The notes: generated from the sequence alone by a model not told the origin. Counted from the first letter of the stretch, positions 51,661 through 62,225 are shown. The stretch is 64,000 nt of DNA from Promethearchaeota archaeon (GCA_011364925.1 RDOA01000011.1:25478-89477), one strand, 5' to 3'. Made by a program: numbers and translations.

Positions 51661-52251
51661 CTAGCGAGTTTTCTGTCCACAGTATTGACAATACTTAAGC
51701 TCTAAAGGATAATATTTGCCACAACTAGTACATTTTTTTAAGGAATTCTTGATAATTTCTCTTCCAAGAATTTCAAAAACATTTTCGACATTTTCTCCTG
51801 TTTTTGAGGACACTCCATATATATCTCCTTGAAATTTGTACTTTTCAAGTAATTCTTTAGCTTCGTCAAGGTGAACTTCTCTTTGTTTTTCTAAATCAAT
51901 TTTTGCTTCTATCAACAACTTCGTTTTTGGATAATTGGGAACAGAGTTAATAACATTAATCCAATCGTGAAGATCATCCAATGAATCCTTATTAGTAATG
52001 TCGTAAAGAATCAAAGCTCCTGAAGCACCTGAAACATAAGACGGCAATAAAAGACGGAATTTTTTTTCCCCTGCAAAATCCCAAATATTAAGTAATATTT
52101 CATTATCATCAACCATTACTTTTTTTGTTTCAAAATCTACCCCAATCGTTGATAATGTTGATTTATCAAACTTCCCCGTCGCATACCTTCTAATTAGAGA
52201 AGTTTTTCCTACATTTTTAGCGCCAGCTACAATCACTTTAAATTTGATTAT
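51661..52251 (-). CDS. Rab-like small GTPase with C-terminal Zn ribbon (probable ATA/ATC start; GTG 52236 is the alternative)
   Basis: GAKNVGKT, TIGVDF, WDFAGE, AKID, SSK; C-terminal CTSC...CQYC. Confidence 0.9.
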   Translation of the reverse strand: MIKFKVIVAGAKNVGKTSLIRRYATGKFDKSTLSTIGVDFETKKVMVDDNEILLNIWDFAGEKKFRLLLPSYVSGASGALILYDITNKDSLDDLHDWINVINSVPNYPKTKLLIEAKIDLEKQREVHLDEAKELLEKYKFQGDIYGVSSKTGENVENVFEILGREIIKNSLKKCTSCGKYYPLELKYCQYCGQKTR

Positions 52252-52448
52252 CTCAAATCACATCGAGTTTTTTAATTGCATTCTAATTATATTACTACTA
52301 AAATAAAATATTAATCTTTAATCATAAAAGTTTTGTTATTAATTTGTACTAAATGTTTTTAGGGTCATTTCATCCAATTTTTGCCTGAGGAGAAATAAAT
52401 GATAAAATATTATAAATATTTTAATGGAAGAAAAAATTCAGTAAAATC

Positions 52449-53756
52449 ATGAAGGATGACTCAAATAAGAGGTTTTTTGGAACCTTACCACAAAAAGAGC
52501 TTCTGAAGTTATATGCCAAACATGTGAATGCCCCAAAAGTTCGATTTTTTAAAAGCTTTGGCTTAGGCTTAATTCCAGGTAAAAGGCGGGGTGTAAAATT
52601 TAATATGTTAGAGGGATTAAAGCCTTCTGATCCACCTTTTGAACTATATAATTGTCATACATGTGGAGGTGTATACAATCTTGGGCATGGTTATCCCAAA
52701 ATAGTTCAAGTGCTTAAAGATGCTTTAGATAGTGGATTGGATATAGGCGATCATTTACAACTTTCAGAATGGAGAGCCATACTAGGGAAGAGATTAGCGG
52801 AACTAATGCCACCCGAAATTACAAAAACAACTTTTGGCGTTAGTGGTGGTGAAGCAGTTGATACTGCTATCAAATTTTCAAGGGCATATACGAAACGTAA
52901 GAAATGTATCTCTGCGATTGGAGGTTATCATGGTCATACTGGGTTTGCTCTAGCGACTGGAGATTCCGATTTCAAAGAAAATTTTCTATGGAATCTCTCA
53001 GATTTTAACCAGGTACCTTTTGGTGATATCGATGCTTTAAAGAAAAATCTATCAAAAGATGTTGCTTGTGTTATTTTAGAAACCATCCCCGCAACTGGAG
53101 GCGTTTTAATAGCTCAAGAGGGCTATTTTTCAGAAGTACGAGAATTATGCGATGATTTTGATGCTATGATGATAATCGATGAAGTTCAAACTGGACTTGG
53201 ACGGACAGGTCATTTTTGGGCTATTTATGGGGGTCTTTATGACCATGAAAAGGTTATACCTGATTTTATGGTATTAGGAAAGGGTTTAAGCGCGGGAGTT
53301 TATCCGCTTTCTTCATGCAGTTATAAACCATTTATAGAGAAAGCAGTATTTAAGGATGATCCATTCATACATATTTCCACTACGGGAGGTTCGGATTTAG
53401 GTTGTGTTGTTGCTTATGAGATGTTAAACATTCAATCCAAACCTGAATTTTTAAAACATGTAAGGGAAATGGGCAAATTATTTGGTAAAGGTTTGGAAGA
53501 AATCAAGGATGATAATCCTAACTTGATTAGAGACACGAGAGGTAGAGGACTAATGTGGGGCTTGGAGTTTACTAGTGAGACATTAGGACAATTAGCTATG
53601 CTCTCCATTATAAAAGAAGGTGTTCTTCAAAATTACTGTGGAAACAAAAAAGACACACTTATCATTATGCCCCCATTAATTGTTACGAAAGAAGAAATCG
53701 ATGAAATCATCATAAGAATTGGTGAAGGCGTTAAAAAGCTTAAACAATTAATCTGA
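52449..53756 (+). CDS. class-III PLP aminotransferase (acetylornithine/putrescine type)
   Basis: SGGEAV, YHG, DEVQTGLGRTG, GKGL, RGRGLM. Confidence 0.92.
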   Translation: MKDDSNKRFFGTLPQKELLKLYAKHVNAPKVRFFKSFGLGLIPGKRRGVKFNMLEGLKPSDPPFELYNCHTCGGVYNLGHGYPKIVQVLKDALDSGLDIGDHLQLSEWRAILGKRLAELMPPEITKTTFGVSGGEAVDTAIKFSRAYTKRKKCISAIGGYHGHTGFALATGDSDFKENFLWNLSDFNQVPFGDIDALKKNLSKDVACVILETIPATGGVLIAQEGYFSEVRELCDDFDAMMIIDEVQTGLGRTGHFWAIYGGLYDHEKVIPDFMVLGKGLSAGVYPLSSCSYKPFIEKAVFKDDPFIHISTTGGSDLGCVVAYEMLNIQSKPEFLKHVREMGKLFGKGLEEIKDDNPNLIRDTRGRGLMWGLEFTSETLGQLAMLSIIKEGVLQNYCGNKKDTLIIMPPLIVTKEEIDEIIIRIGEGVKKLKQLI

Positions 53757-56096
53757 TTCTTCGCGATATTTAAACCTACTTAACTTATAAATCTCTTGAG
53801 CAATTTTCTTCCCAATATTCTCAATTTTCATTAAATCCCCAATATCGGCATTAAAAATCTCTTGAAGTGTCTTTAATTCGGTTAGTAAGTTTTTTGCTCT
53901 AAGAGCATTTATACCCGGAATCCCAGCGACAATATATTCTAATAAATTAGAAATTTCTATAGGTTTTTTATCAAACCTTAGTTTTGTCTCTCCTTTCGAT
54001 CCTGACTGTTCTTTTTTTGCGAGTTGATAAAGAAACATTGCTGTATCAGAGGAATTATTTGTCTTATAGATCGTAATTCCTAAGTTTAAAATAATTGATG
54101 TGATCGCACCATACAGCGCATTTTGGTTAATATTTGAACTTATGAAGGGGTCACCTTCTAAAATTAATATAGGTCTAGTAAAATTGTTTTTTAACTCAAA
54201 GAGCTCGTTAAATAGTCTCCCATCCTTGATAGAATCGTTAAAATCTTGATCGGATTTTCTTTCAATTCCAACTCTTTCTGAAATCACATAATCAGCAACG
54301 GGTAATTGTATTAATTCTATAGATACACCCATCAGAGATAGTGCTCTCACGACCGCAGAAGCCGTTTCTCTAATATCACATATCACCTTGTAATTTTGAG
54401 CCCCTTTAACTTCCTGAATTGAAGATAATTGTGGAGTTTCTTCATTACTATTGAGATCATTAGTCTTTTCCTTTTTTTCTATGAAATTCAAAAGGCTTGA
54501 TTGTCCTGCCTTTGAAATTACATCATTTTCTTTCATCGTTTTTAAACTAGCCCTCATTAACCGTTCTTTAGACTTTTCAGCCCAATAATAACCTTCATCC
54601 CGAGTTCCTTCTGCCATTAAGATGAAGACCTTTCCTTCCTTTTTCCTCCCAGTTCTACCACGACGTTGAATCGAACGAATAGCACTTGGAACAGTATCGT
54701 AAAAGATTACTAAGTCACACTCCGCTATATCTAAACCTTCTTCCCCTACGCTCGTAGCTACTAAAGTGTTATAGATTCCTTCTTTAAATTTATCAAGAAG
54801 CTGTATTTGCTCTTTTTGAGTTAATCCCTTATCCGAAGTTTTAGAAAGCTGACCAACAAATTTATGAGCTTTTATAATTCCATCTCTCTCAAGAAATTTC
54901 ACGATATTATTGACGGAGTCTCGAAAGTGACAAAATACCAAGATTCTCGAATCTTTATTCTCAGAAATCTGTTCATGTAAGAGTTCTAGTAATTTCTCCA
55001 ACTTCGGGTGAACAATCCCTTTCTGTTTGTTCGCATCAATCAACTCAGAAATTCGTTTTATTCCCGAATCTCTAAAAAGTTCTGTTAAGGATTTATTTGC
55101 AGTATTCTTCTTTATTTTATCTAAATTTTTCTTCAGATAATCGTCTAAAGCGCTTATTCCTTGAGTTTCTATAAGTTCATCCATATGAGATAAACGAATT
55201 GCATTTGCAGCATTCTTTTTAGCAATGAATAGTTCATACTTCTCTTCTTCGGTTCTTGAAGAATTAATTCTCGTATTAATTCTTTCATTTAATTTAAGCA
55301 AATCTTTTCTTGTTATTTTATTCAGATCTGATGAGTTTAGTAAATCTTGCCGTTTTAAATCTTTATAGATTGTCCTTAATTTTTCTGTAATAATTTTTTT
55401 AATATTTATGAATTCTGCAGGAAGTTTCACCTTTAACCATTCATTATCAACATTATAGATATAAGGCTTGACATCCGAATCTTTTTCTGTTCTAATCTCC
55501 ACACGGTCGATAAAGAGATTATTCTTTATCTCGGTTATCTTCCCTTCAGTGGATCCTGGACTTGCTGTAAGTCCTAGAATTTGGTGTATCCTAGAAGATT
55601 CAACGTATTTCTTAGCAATGAAACAATATGCGTAATCACCCACACTCCGATGGCACTCATCAAAAATTATTAAAGAAACATCCTTTAATGAGTAAAGATT
55701 GGAAATAATATCATTTTGTAATACTTGTGGCGTCATAAAAGCAATTTTCAGGGACTCCCACATCTCTTTTCTCCTTTCGGGAGGAGTAGTTCCCGTAATT
55801 GCTTTTAGGTTCTCCTCAGGAATAGTAGTTAAATCTGAAAAAGATTTATAATGCTGATTTACTAGAGGTTTTGTTGGAGCTAAGAAAATGACTTTAGAAT
55901 GAGGTTCTTTTGATAATCTGTGTACTGCTAGCATTAAAGCTATTATCGTTTTTCCTAATCCTGTTGGAATAACTACCAAACAATTAGTATTAAGACAACT
56001 TATAAATATATTTTCTTGATATGCTCTCCTTGAAACATAATTCTCTTTCAATAAAGGGTGAGATATAAATTGCTCATTATTCGATACGAAAATCAC
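53748..56096 (-). CDS. hef: Hef/FANCM-like helicase fused to ERCC4 nuclease
   Basis: PTGLGKT, DECH, TASPG, QRRGRTGR, ERKS, C-terminal HhH. Confidence 0.95.
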   Translation of the reverse strand: MIFVSNNEQFISHPLLKENYVSRRAYQENIFISCLNTNCLVVIPTGLGKTIIALMLAVHRLSKEPHSKVIFLAPTKPLVNQHYKSFSDLTTIPEENLKAITGTTPPERRKEMWESLKIAFMTPQVLQNDIISNLYSLKDVSLIIFDECHRSVGDYAYCFIAKKYVESSRIHQILGLTASPGSTEGKITEIKNNLFIDRVEIRTEKDSDVKPYIYNVDNEWLKVKLPAEFINIKKIITEKLRTIYKDLKRQDLLNSSDLNKITRKDLLKLNERINTRINSSRTEEEKYELFIAKKNAANAIRLSHMDELIETQGISALDDYLKKNLDKIKKNTANKSLTELFRDSGIKRISELIDANKQKGIVHPKLEKLLELLHEQISENKDSRILVFCHFRDSVNNIVKFLERDGIIKAHKFVGQLSKTSDKGLTQKEQIQLLDKFKEGIYNTLVATSVGEEGLDIAECDLVIFYDTVPSAIRSIQRRGRTGRKKEGKVFILMAEGTRDEGYYWAEKSKERLMRASLKTMKENDVISKAGQSSLLNFIEKKEKTNDLNSNEETPQLSSIQEVKGAQNYKVICDIRETASAVVRALSLMGVSIELIQLPVADYVISERVGIERKSDQDFNDSIKDGRLFNELFELKNNFTRPILILEGDPFISSNINQNALYGAITSIILNLGITIYKTNNSSDTAMFLYQLAKKEQSGSKGETKLRFDKKPIEISNLLEYIVAGIPGINALRAKNLLTELKTLQEIFNADIGDLMKIENIGKKIAQEIYKLSRFKYREESD

Positions 56097-56234
56097 CTAA
56101 TATTGTTAGATTACATTATCTTCTAAGAAAATTCATTTTCTGATTTGATTTAAGGTAACAGAGACTATAGAATCTCTTAAATTATATTAATACCTTTTTA
56201 ATAATTATTAGTAGCACTATTATCAAAACAAGTT

Positions 56235-56402
56235 GCGCGAGTGGTTTAGACGTATAACGACACTTTCACTGTATAGGATTAGTGTAAAGCGTTAAACGCT
56301 CACACCGTGTAAATTTTCGCTGATTTAAAGCGAAAATCTCGACGGTCGGGGGTTCAAAAATTTGAAATCTTATTTCAAATTGAATAATTCCCCCCTTGCG
56401 CA
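56235..56402 (+). tRNA. tRNA-Val(CAC) with three introns (28/29: 56262-56295; 44/45: 56312-56343; 58/59: 56358-56387)
   Basis: Spliced 72-nt cloverleaf GCGCGAG...ACACG-CTCACAC-CGTGT-AGGTC-GGGGG-TTCAATT-CCCCC-CTTGCGC-A; each intron is a hairpin with BHB-like ends. Confidence 0.87.
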
Positions 56403-56513
56403 CTAAAATATCACAGATAAAAATAATAAATTCATAAATTCATAGTTAAAAACATAAAAGTTTTATTTTATCCTACTTTATATGACTCAATCACTAATTC
56501 TTAGGAGTATGTT

Positions 56514-56816
56514 ATGTCTTCTTTTTTAGAGTCACGCGAATTAAGAAAGTTGTATAAAGAAGTCCGAAAAAACATTAAAGTTGGTTCGATTTTCCTTACT
56601 AGATATGAGAAAGCTCGTATCACAGGTGCGCGTGCTCTCCAAATAAGTTTTGGGGCACCAATTTTAATTGAAAAACCTAAGAATGTAATTGATCCTATAA
56701 AAATTGCACTATTAGAATTAAAGTCCAAAATCTTACCACTTACAATTAGAAGAGAATACCCAAGTGGAGAATATCAAGATATATCAATTAATAATTTGAT
56801 ACTTAAAAAAGATTAA
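56514..56816 (+). CDS. rpoK: RNA polymerase subunit K (Rpo6)
   Basis: LTRYEKARITGARALQISFGAP, LPLTIRR. Confidence 0.96.
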   Translation: MSSFLESRELRKLYKEVRKNIKVGSIFLTRYEKARITGARALQISFGAPILIEKPKNVIDPIKIALLELKSKILPLTIRREYPSGEYQDISINNLILKKD

Positions 56817-56819
56817 ACA

Positions 56820-57281
56820 CTATTGAATTCTATATTTTCCTCTTTCTGTTAGGATGTAAACAACATTACCTTCAATCTGTTCTTCTTCCAAATAACCTTT
56901 AGAAATTAAATTACTTAAGACTTTCTCTAAATCTGCTTTTTTGTAAGGCTCAATACCTAACGGAATTCTACTTTGATTAGCAACAATAGCTATACGTGAT
57001 AATGTCATTCGTTTATTTGTAAAAGATTCAAGGATTGTAAGTTCATCATTAGTAAGGCGTTCAAATTGATCGTGTTCAAGTAATTGGCCTTTAAGAGTGT
57101 TAGCGAGGTCTAGTGTTTCAGGACTAATTTTTTGCTTTTTAACTTCGACATGTTTTAGCTGAACAAGATCTTTTGCGACTGGTGCTTTTTTAGACTGAGC
57201 AATTTGTTCAAAATAATTACGAATTTTTTCTTTATCCTCCAATTCTTTTTTTGAATTTTTATCTTCTTCTTCATTCTCCAT
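56820..57281 (-). CDS. hypothetical protein with C-terminal winged helix
   Basis: Charged N-terminus; LSNLISKGYL...YILTERG wing signature. Confidence 0.65.
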   Translation of the reverse strand: MENEEEDKNSKKELEDKEKIRNYFEQIAQSKKAPVAKDLVQLKHVEVKKQKISPETLDLANTLKGQLLEHDQFERLTNDELTILESFTNKRMTLSRIAIVANQSRIPLGIEPYKKADLEKVLSNLISKGYLEEEQIEGNVVYILTERGKYRIQ

Positions 57282-57326
57282 AATAATACGATAAGGAATT
57301 TAATTATAAAAATTTATATTTAATTA

Positions 57327-57893
57327 ATGAAAGAAGTCTTAAAGCTAAAAACCGGAGAAAAAGTTATTATCCGACATATTGTTGAATCAGATATTGACGG
57401 TGTTTGGAATAATTTTAATGAGGTTGTTGAAGAAGGCATTTATCTTCCTGTTTTGTTTCCGGTTAAATCAAGATTTGAAAAGCAATCATGGTATAATAAT
57501 TTACAAAAAGATAAGGAAATATGTATAGTAGCAGTTCACCCAAATTTAAAGAATCCATGTAATATCTTGGGTCAATGTGAAGTATCAAGTTTAGATTGGG
57601 ACGCAGCTACTCATGTTGGTAGTCTCGGTATAATTGTACAAAAGAAGTATAGGGATTTAGGAATTGGATTTCATTTAATCGATATGGCGATTCGTGAATC
57701 AAAAAAGTTGAATGGTAAAGAAAAGATCATTCTAAGTTGTTTTTCAAATAACGAACGAGCTCTTAATCTTTATATGAAAATGGGTTTTAAGGTTATAGGG
57801 AAGAGGGAAAAGCAATTTTATATGGATTCTCAATATTTTGATGAAATATTGATGGAATTATGGATTGATGATTATATATTAAATCAGCCTTAA
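57327..57893 (+). CDS. GNAT-family N-acetyltransferase
   Basis: YRDLGIG motif A; NERALNLYMKMGF. Confidence 0.92.
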   Translation: MKEVLKLKTGEKVIIRHIVESDIDGVWNNFNEVVEEGIYLPVLFPVKSRFEKQSWYNNLQKDKEICIVAVHPNLKNPCNILGQCEVSSLDWDAATHVGSLGIIVQKKYRDLGIGFHLIDMAIRESKKLNGKEKIILSCFSNNERALNLYMKMGFKVIGKREKQFYMDSQYFDEILMELWIDDYILNQP

Positions 57894-57897
57894 CTAA

Positions 57898-59337
57898 TTA
57901 TGGGTATCGAGTTTTCCTCTGGTATAATTCCCTACTTTCAGGATTTAAGGGATTTTCGTTTAGAAAAATAAAGTTTAAATTCGTTAAATTCTCTATGAAG
58001 CTCATATTAAATTCTTCTATATAGTTATGTTCCAAGAAAAGAATGATAAGATTTTTGAGATTTTCTATACCCTTCATATTTTTAATGTGGTTTTTATCAA
58101 CAAACAGCTCTTGAAGATTTTGCAGCGTGTCCAGTCCGCTTAGTGATTCAATATTGTTATTAGAAAGTTCTAATTTGATCAAATTCTCTAGGTTTTCTAA
58201 GTTTTCGATTTTATTGATTACATTGTTTGATAAATTCAATACTCTTAGATTTCCTAAATGATTTATCCCTCTGATAGAAGATATATGATTTCCATTTAAG
58301 TATAATGTAGTTAAACACTTAAGGTTCTCTAATCCTGAAATTTTGTTAATTTTATTAAACGATACATGCAAGCTTTTTAATCTAATTAAACGATCAAGGT
58401 TTTTAAGCTCTGAAACATTGTTGTAGCTAATACTTAAATGCTCTAAACTAACCAAATTGTCTAAACATTCTATTTCTGTGACTAAATTTTTATCTAAAAT
58501 GAGTTTTTCTAAGTGATTATGATCGATATTTTCGATCTTTTTTATACTATTCATTGATAGATTCAATTCCTTGAGCTTTATCAATCCCTCTAAATTATAT
58601 ATGCGAGTAATCCGGTTTTGAGATAAATTTAAGGTCTTTAACTCTACTAAATGATTTAGATTAGAAATCTCCTGAATTAAATTTCTCTGGAGATATAAAT
58701 GCTCTAATTTAAATAATCGGTCAATTCCTTTTATCTCAGCTATTGACTTTAAATTAGAACCCTCACAATTCAGTAAAGTTATTATCCCTTCTCTTAATGT
58801 AGCACTAAATCCACACGAATTTATATAAAACAAATAAAGAATTAAATTGATGCTGATTTCGATAACTTTAGGTGAAATGGATTTATCGATGTCAAAACTA
58901 AAAATATCGTTAGAAGTGTCATTAAATCTACTCTTTCCGATAGTTTTCACATTTCGTTTCAAGTATTCTTTAATGATTTTTCTTGAATATTTCGTATCTC
59001 TTAAATTCAATAATTCCACAGCAAAAATCTTTTGATTAATATCATTAAAATGATTAAGAGTAAATTCTAAGAGTGATGTAAACTTTTTACTCTCAAAATA
59101 CTTGGATCTTAAAATGTTTCCAGATATGACTCTTATATGATAATTCTCGTCTGAAAGAAACAGCTGCTCCAGGAATTTAAATTGTTTTTGATCATCTATT
59201 AATAAAAAAAGATTTAATGCCCTAATTCTTAAATCTTCATCGTTAGAATTTACGATCCACTGCTTTAAGATATCCCTTGCCTCATTTTGACCAAATTTTT
59301 CTAAATTTGCTTCAATATATTCAGGAGTTAAATCCAT
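57898..59337 (-). CDS. leucine-rich-repeat protein (SDS22-like) with helical/HEAT-like N-terminus
   Basis: About 12 repeats of LxxLxLxxNxIxxIxxL. Confidence 0.92.
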   Translation of the reverse strand: MDLTPEYIEANLEKFGQNEARDILKQWIVNSNDEDLRIRALNLFLLIDDQKQFKFLEQLFLSDENYHIRVISGNILRSKYFESKKFTSLLEFTLNHFNDINQKIFAVELLNLRDTKYSRKIIKEYLKRNVKTIGKSRFNDTSNDIFSFDIDKSISPKVIEISINLILYLFYINSCGFSATLREGIITLLNCEGSNLKSIAEIKGIDRLFKLEHLYLQRNLIQEISNLNHLVELKTLNLSQNRITRIYNLEGLIKLKELNLSMNSIKKIENIDHNHLEKLILDKNLVTEIECLDNLVSLEHLSISYNNVSELKNLDRLIRLKSLHVSFNKINKISGLENLKCLTTLYLNGNHISSIRGINHLGNLRVLNLSNNVINKIENLENLENLIKLELSNNNIESLSGLDTLQNLQELFVDKNHIKNMKGIENLKNLIILFLEHNYIEEFNMSFIENLTNLNFIFLNENPLNPESRELYQRKTRYP

Positions 59338-59627
59338 TTAGGGCTCTCAATTTAAAATTGTTAAATTACTTGCACTATCTAGTGATCATTAAGTATGATT
59401 ATTTATAATGTATATTCTACTCTATAATCATTCGTGGTTTCATATTCGAGTGAAATTCTTAACACAAATTTTTTCTATTGAGGTTTCAAAAAACTAGATT
59501 TTACTCACACTCACTGATATATAAAGAAGCTAATAATCGCATTTTTTCAGCTTAATCTTAAGCAAAAAAAAATATTCTCCTAAAAAAGGAGTTCTAATGT
59601 ATCGCTTTTTTTTTGTAATAAAAAAAA

Positions 59628-59635
59628 TTTATATA
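59628..59635 (+). promoter_or_regulatory. putative TATA box of the actin gene
   Basis: TTTATATA preceded by an A-run, about 145 nt upstream of the ATG; the AT-rich background limits confidence. Confidence 0.3.
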
Positions 59636-59779
59636 TATCAAATTTATTATTATGATAATTTGAATTTGTTATAATTTATCGATGTTATTATACTCCAAAA
59701 AAATAATATAGATAAATAATAAAAAATCAAAATTCTAATTCCAAAGATATAAGAACAACAAATTAAAAAGCTGAATATT

Positions 59780-60925
59780 ATGGCAGAAGAAGAAAGTTTT
59801 TTGAACGCGAAAGCCTTAGTAGTCGACAATGGAACTGGAATTTCCAAAAATGGGTTTGCTGGAGAAGATCAACCTCGATCTGTGTTCCCAACTCTTATAG
59901 GTTACCCCAAATATGAATCAATAATGACTGACGTCGAACATTATACTCGTGAGTACTACATTGGAGAAGAAGCTATGCAACTTAAAGGTGTTCTAAAGTT
60001 AATGTTTCCAGTAGAACACGGGATTATAGAAGATTGGACAGCCATGGAAAAGATTTGGCACTATACTTTCTACACAGATTTAAGAATTGATCCTAGCGAG
60101 CATCCTGTCCTTCTAACTGAAGCTCCGTTGAATCCAAGACCAAACAGAGAAAAAATGGCGGAAATAATGTTTGAGACATTTAATGTTCCTGCTCTTTATG
60201 TAGCAATGCAGGCAGTCTTATCTCTCTATGCCTCTGGTAGAACAACGGGATGTGTAATAGATATTGGAGATGGTGTTTCTCACGTTGTACCTATTTTCGA
60301 AGGTTTCGCGCTAAGTCATGCAATCCAAAGAATTGATCTTGCCGGCCGTGATATCACAACATACTTACAAAGATTGCTCCGCCAAAAAGGATATTCATTC
60401 ACAACTTCTGCAGAGAAAGAAATCGTCAGAGATATCAAAGAAAAACTCTGCTATGTTGCAATTGATCCAGAAAAAGAGATGATGCTCTCCAAAAAAGTAG
60501 CTGGAATGGAAAAAAGCTACATGCTACCTGACGGAGAAACAATAAATGTAGGTGTCGAAAGATTTTTAGCACCCGAATGCTTCTTCAATCCATCAGTAAT
60601 CGGGAAAGAATTAGAACCTCTCGATGATGTAATAGTTGGTGCTATTTCAGAATGTGATGTCGACCTTCGTAGAGACCTTTATGGTAATATTGTGCTTTCT
60701 GGTGGCTCAACAATGTTCCCTGGGATTAAAGAGCGCTTAACTAAAGAAATTAAGGAACAAATTCCAGAATCAGTTGATGTTAAAATAATAGCACCTCCAG
60801 AACGTATGTATTCCGTATGGATTGGTGGGTCTATTTTAAGTTCACTGAAAACCTTCCACAGAATGTGGGTCACAAGGCGTGAATACAAGGAGATGGGCCC
60901 TCAAGTAATACACCGCTGCTTTTAA
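59780..60925 (+). CDS. actin (Lokiactin-type)
   Basis: [57 protein letters not shown]-terminal HRCF. Confidence 0.97.
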   Translation: MAEEESFLNAKALVVDNGTGISKNGFAGEDQPRSVFPTLIGYPKYESIMTDVEHYTREYYIGEEAMQLKGVLKLMFPVEHGIIEDWTAMEKIWHYTFYTDLRIDPSEHPVLLTEAPLNPRPNREKMAEIMFETFNVPALYVAMQAVLSLYASGRTTGCVIDIGDGVSHVVPIFEGFALSHAIQRIDLAGRDITTYLQRLLRQKGYSFTTSAEKEIVRDIKEKLCYVAIDPEKEMMLSKKVAGMEKSYMLPDGETINVGVERFLAPECFFNPSVIGKELEPLDDVIVGAISECDVDLRRDLYGNIVLSGGSTMFPGIKERLTKEIKEQIPESVDVKIIAPPERMYSVWIGGSILSSLKTFHRMWVTRREYKEMGPQVIHRCF

Positions 60926-61125
60926 GCCTATTAGGGCAACCTCTTAAATTTTTTGAATTTTTTTATTTTTCTTTTCTACTTTTTTAATGTTGTTGAACAA
61001 TAACTTTTAAATATCTAAAATATAATCATAAATTTGATTGTATTTTTGAATTTCAAACTTTCTCTAAAGATGGTTTAGGTCATTGTAAAAAATATGTCCA
61101 ATTACTAATATTGTAGAGATATAAA

Positions 61126-62100
61126 ATGCCCGAAAGTAGTATAATTTTAAACGATCTTAATAAAGTCTTTATTCCTTGCAGAACGGTATTGGAGATGGAA
61201 GCCTTAACTTCTTTATTCTTAGAATATTACAATTACGATCTAATTAAGGAAATACCAAAGAGCCAACCTTCAAGCCAACAAATAATTGAAGTCTTTCGAA
61301 TTTTAGACTGTCAACCGCTTGAAAATATAATAAAATATTTTATCGATGGTGTTGTTCAAAAACTAAAACCTATTACGATGTATGAAAGGGATCATCACGA
61401 TCGATTTAGAATGGGAAATGTTGTGGCTTATACAAAAACGCGCGTTTGTCTTTACTTAGCTTTGCACAGATTAAAGTTGAAATTTATGTTCATTAAGCAT
61501 TTCATGGATAATTTCAAAAAAAATGAATTTAAATTAAATATCCCGGAAGAGCAGACAGATTTAGCACCACATTTGTTCATTTCTTCTTTCTATAAAGACT
61601 ACATTCAAAAAAATGAAATGAATCTAAAACTAATGCTTTCTTCTAAAAGGATTTCTGATAGAGTTAGTAAATTAATAGATCTTAAAGATATTATTACTAA
61701 CCAGGATATAATCAACGCAATAACCTTTAAAAAGTATTTAGATGATAATAACAGAATTAAGTTTATTATGAGAGAAATAAAGGCTTCAATTTTTGTATGT
61801 AAGGTTATGTTTGCTCAAATGGATGTATTTGATCCCTTTTTTGAGGGCAAAGAGATCATGGTTGACGCTGAGGAATTTATGATAAACCAAGATTTCATAC
61901 CAGTATTAATCCCAGCAATATCAAACGCTTATTCTGGTAATAACAGGGCTCAACTTGAAGATTTGTTCAGAGCATACGATTTTATGATGATAAGAGTACT
62001 AAAGGGGATAAATTACGCTGTAGAAGTAGCTTCTGGTGGGCATATCCTCTTGGATTTAGAGGACACAATATACAACTCTGGAAACATCTTCGACATATAA
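61126..62100 (+). CDS. hypothetical protein (predicted helical)
   Basis: 324-aa ORF with ATG start; no recognisable motif. Confidence 0.7.
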   Translation: MPESSIILNDLNKVFIPCRTVLEMEALTSLFLEYYNYDLIKEIPKSQPSSQQIIEVFRILDCQPLENIIKYFIDGVVQKLKPITMYERDHHDRFRMGNVVAYTKTRVCLYLALHRLKLKFMFIKHFMDNFKKNEFKLNIPEEQTDLAPHLFISSFYKDYIQKNEMNLKLMLSSKRISDRVSKLIDLKDIITNQDIINAITFKKYLDDNNRIKFIMREIKASIFVCKVMFAQMDVFDPFFEGKEIMVDAEEFMINQDFIPVLIPAISNAYSGNNRAQLEDLFRAYDFMMIRVLKGINYAVEVASGGHILLDLEDTIYNSGNIFDI

Positions 62101-62225
62101 GTCTGGAAATGAAAAACTTACCCTTTTCAGCTCTAGCTCATTCTTTTAAAGTCGAGTATTGAATATGTAAAAAATAAATTAGAATAAATATTTAGAGGGC
62201 ATAATTACAGAATTTTTGGATATCT

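Noticed and set aside
56085-56100. Non-canonical start for hef (the GTG lies inside a GGTGA SD-like motif)
   Set aside because: Ambiguous; the GTG start gives a complete N-terminus, so it was not counted as evidence
38951-56387. Shared words between tRNA introns (ATTGAATAA, TAGGATT) as evidence of intron transposition
   Set aside because: Matches are only 7-9 nt, AT-rich and partly dictated by pairing with exon sequence
57898-58760. Periodic sequence suggesting a DNA repeat array or CRISPR
   Set aside because: The periodicity is explained by the protein-level LRR repeat; no identical direct repeats with spacers
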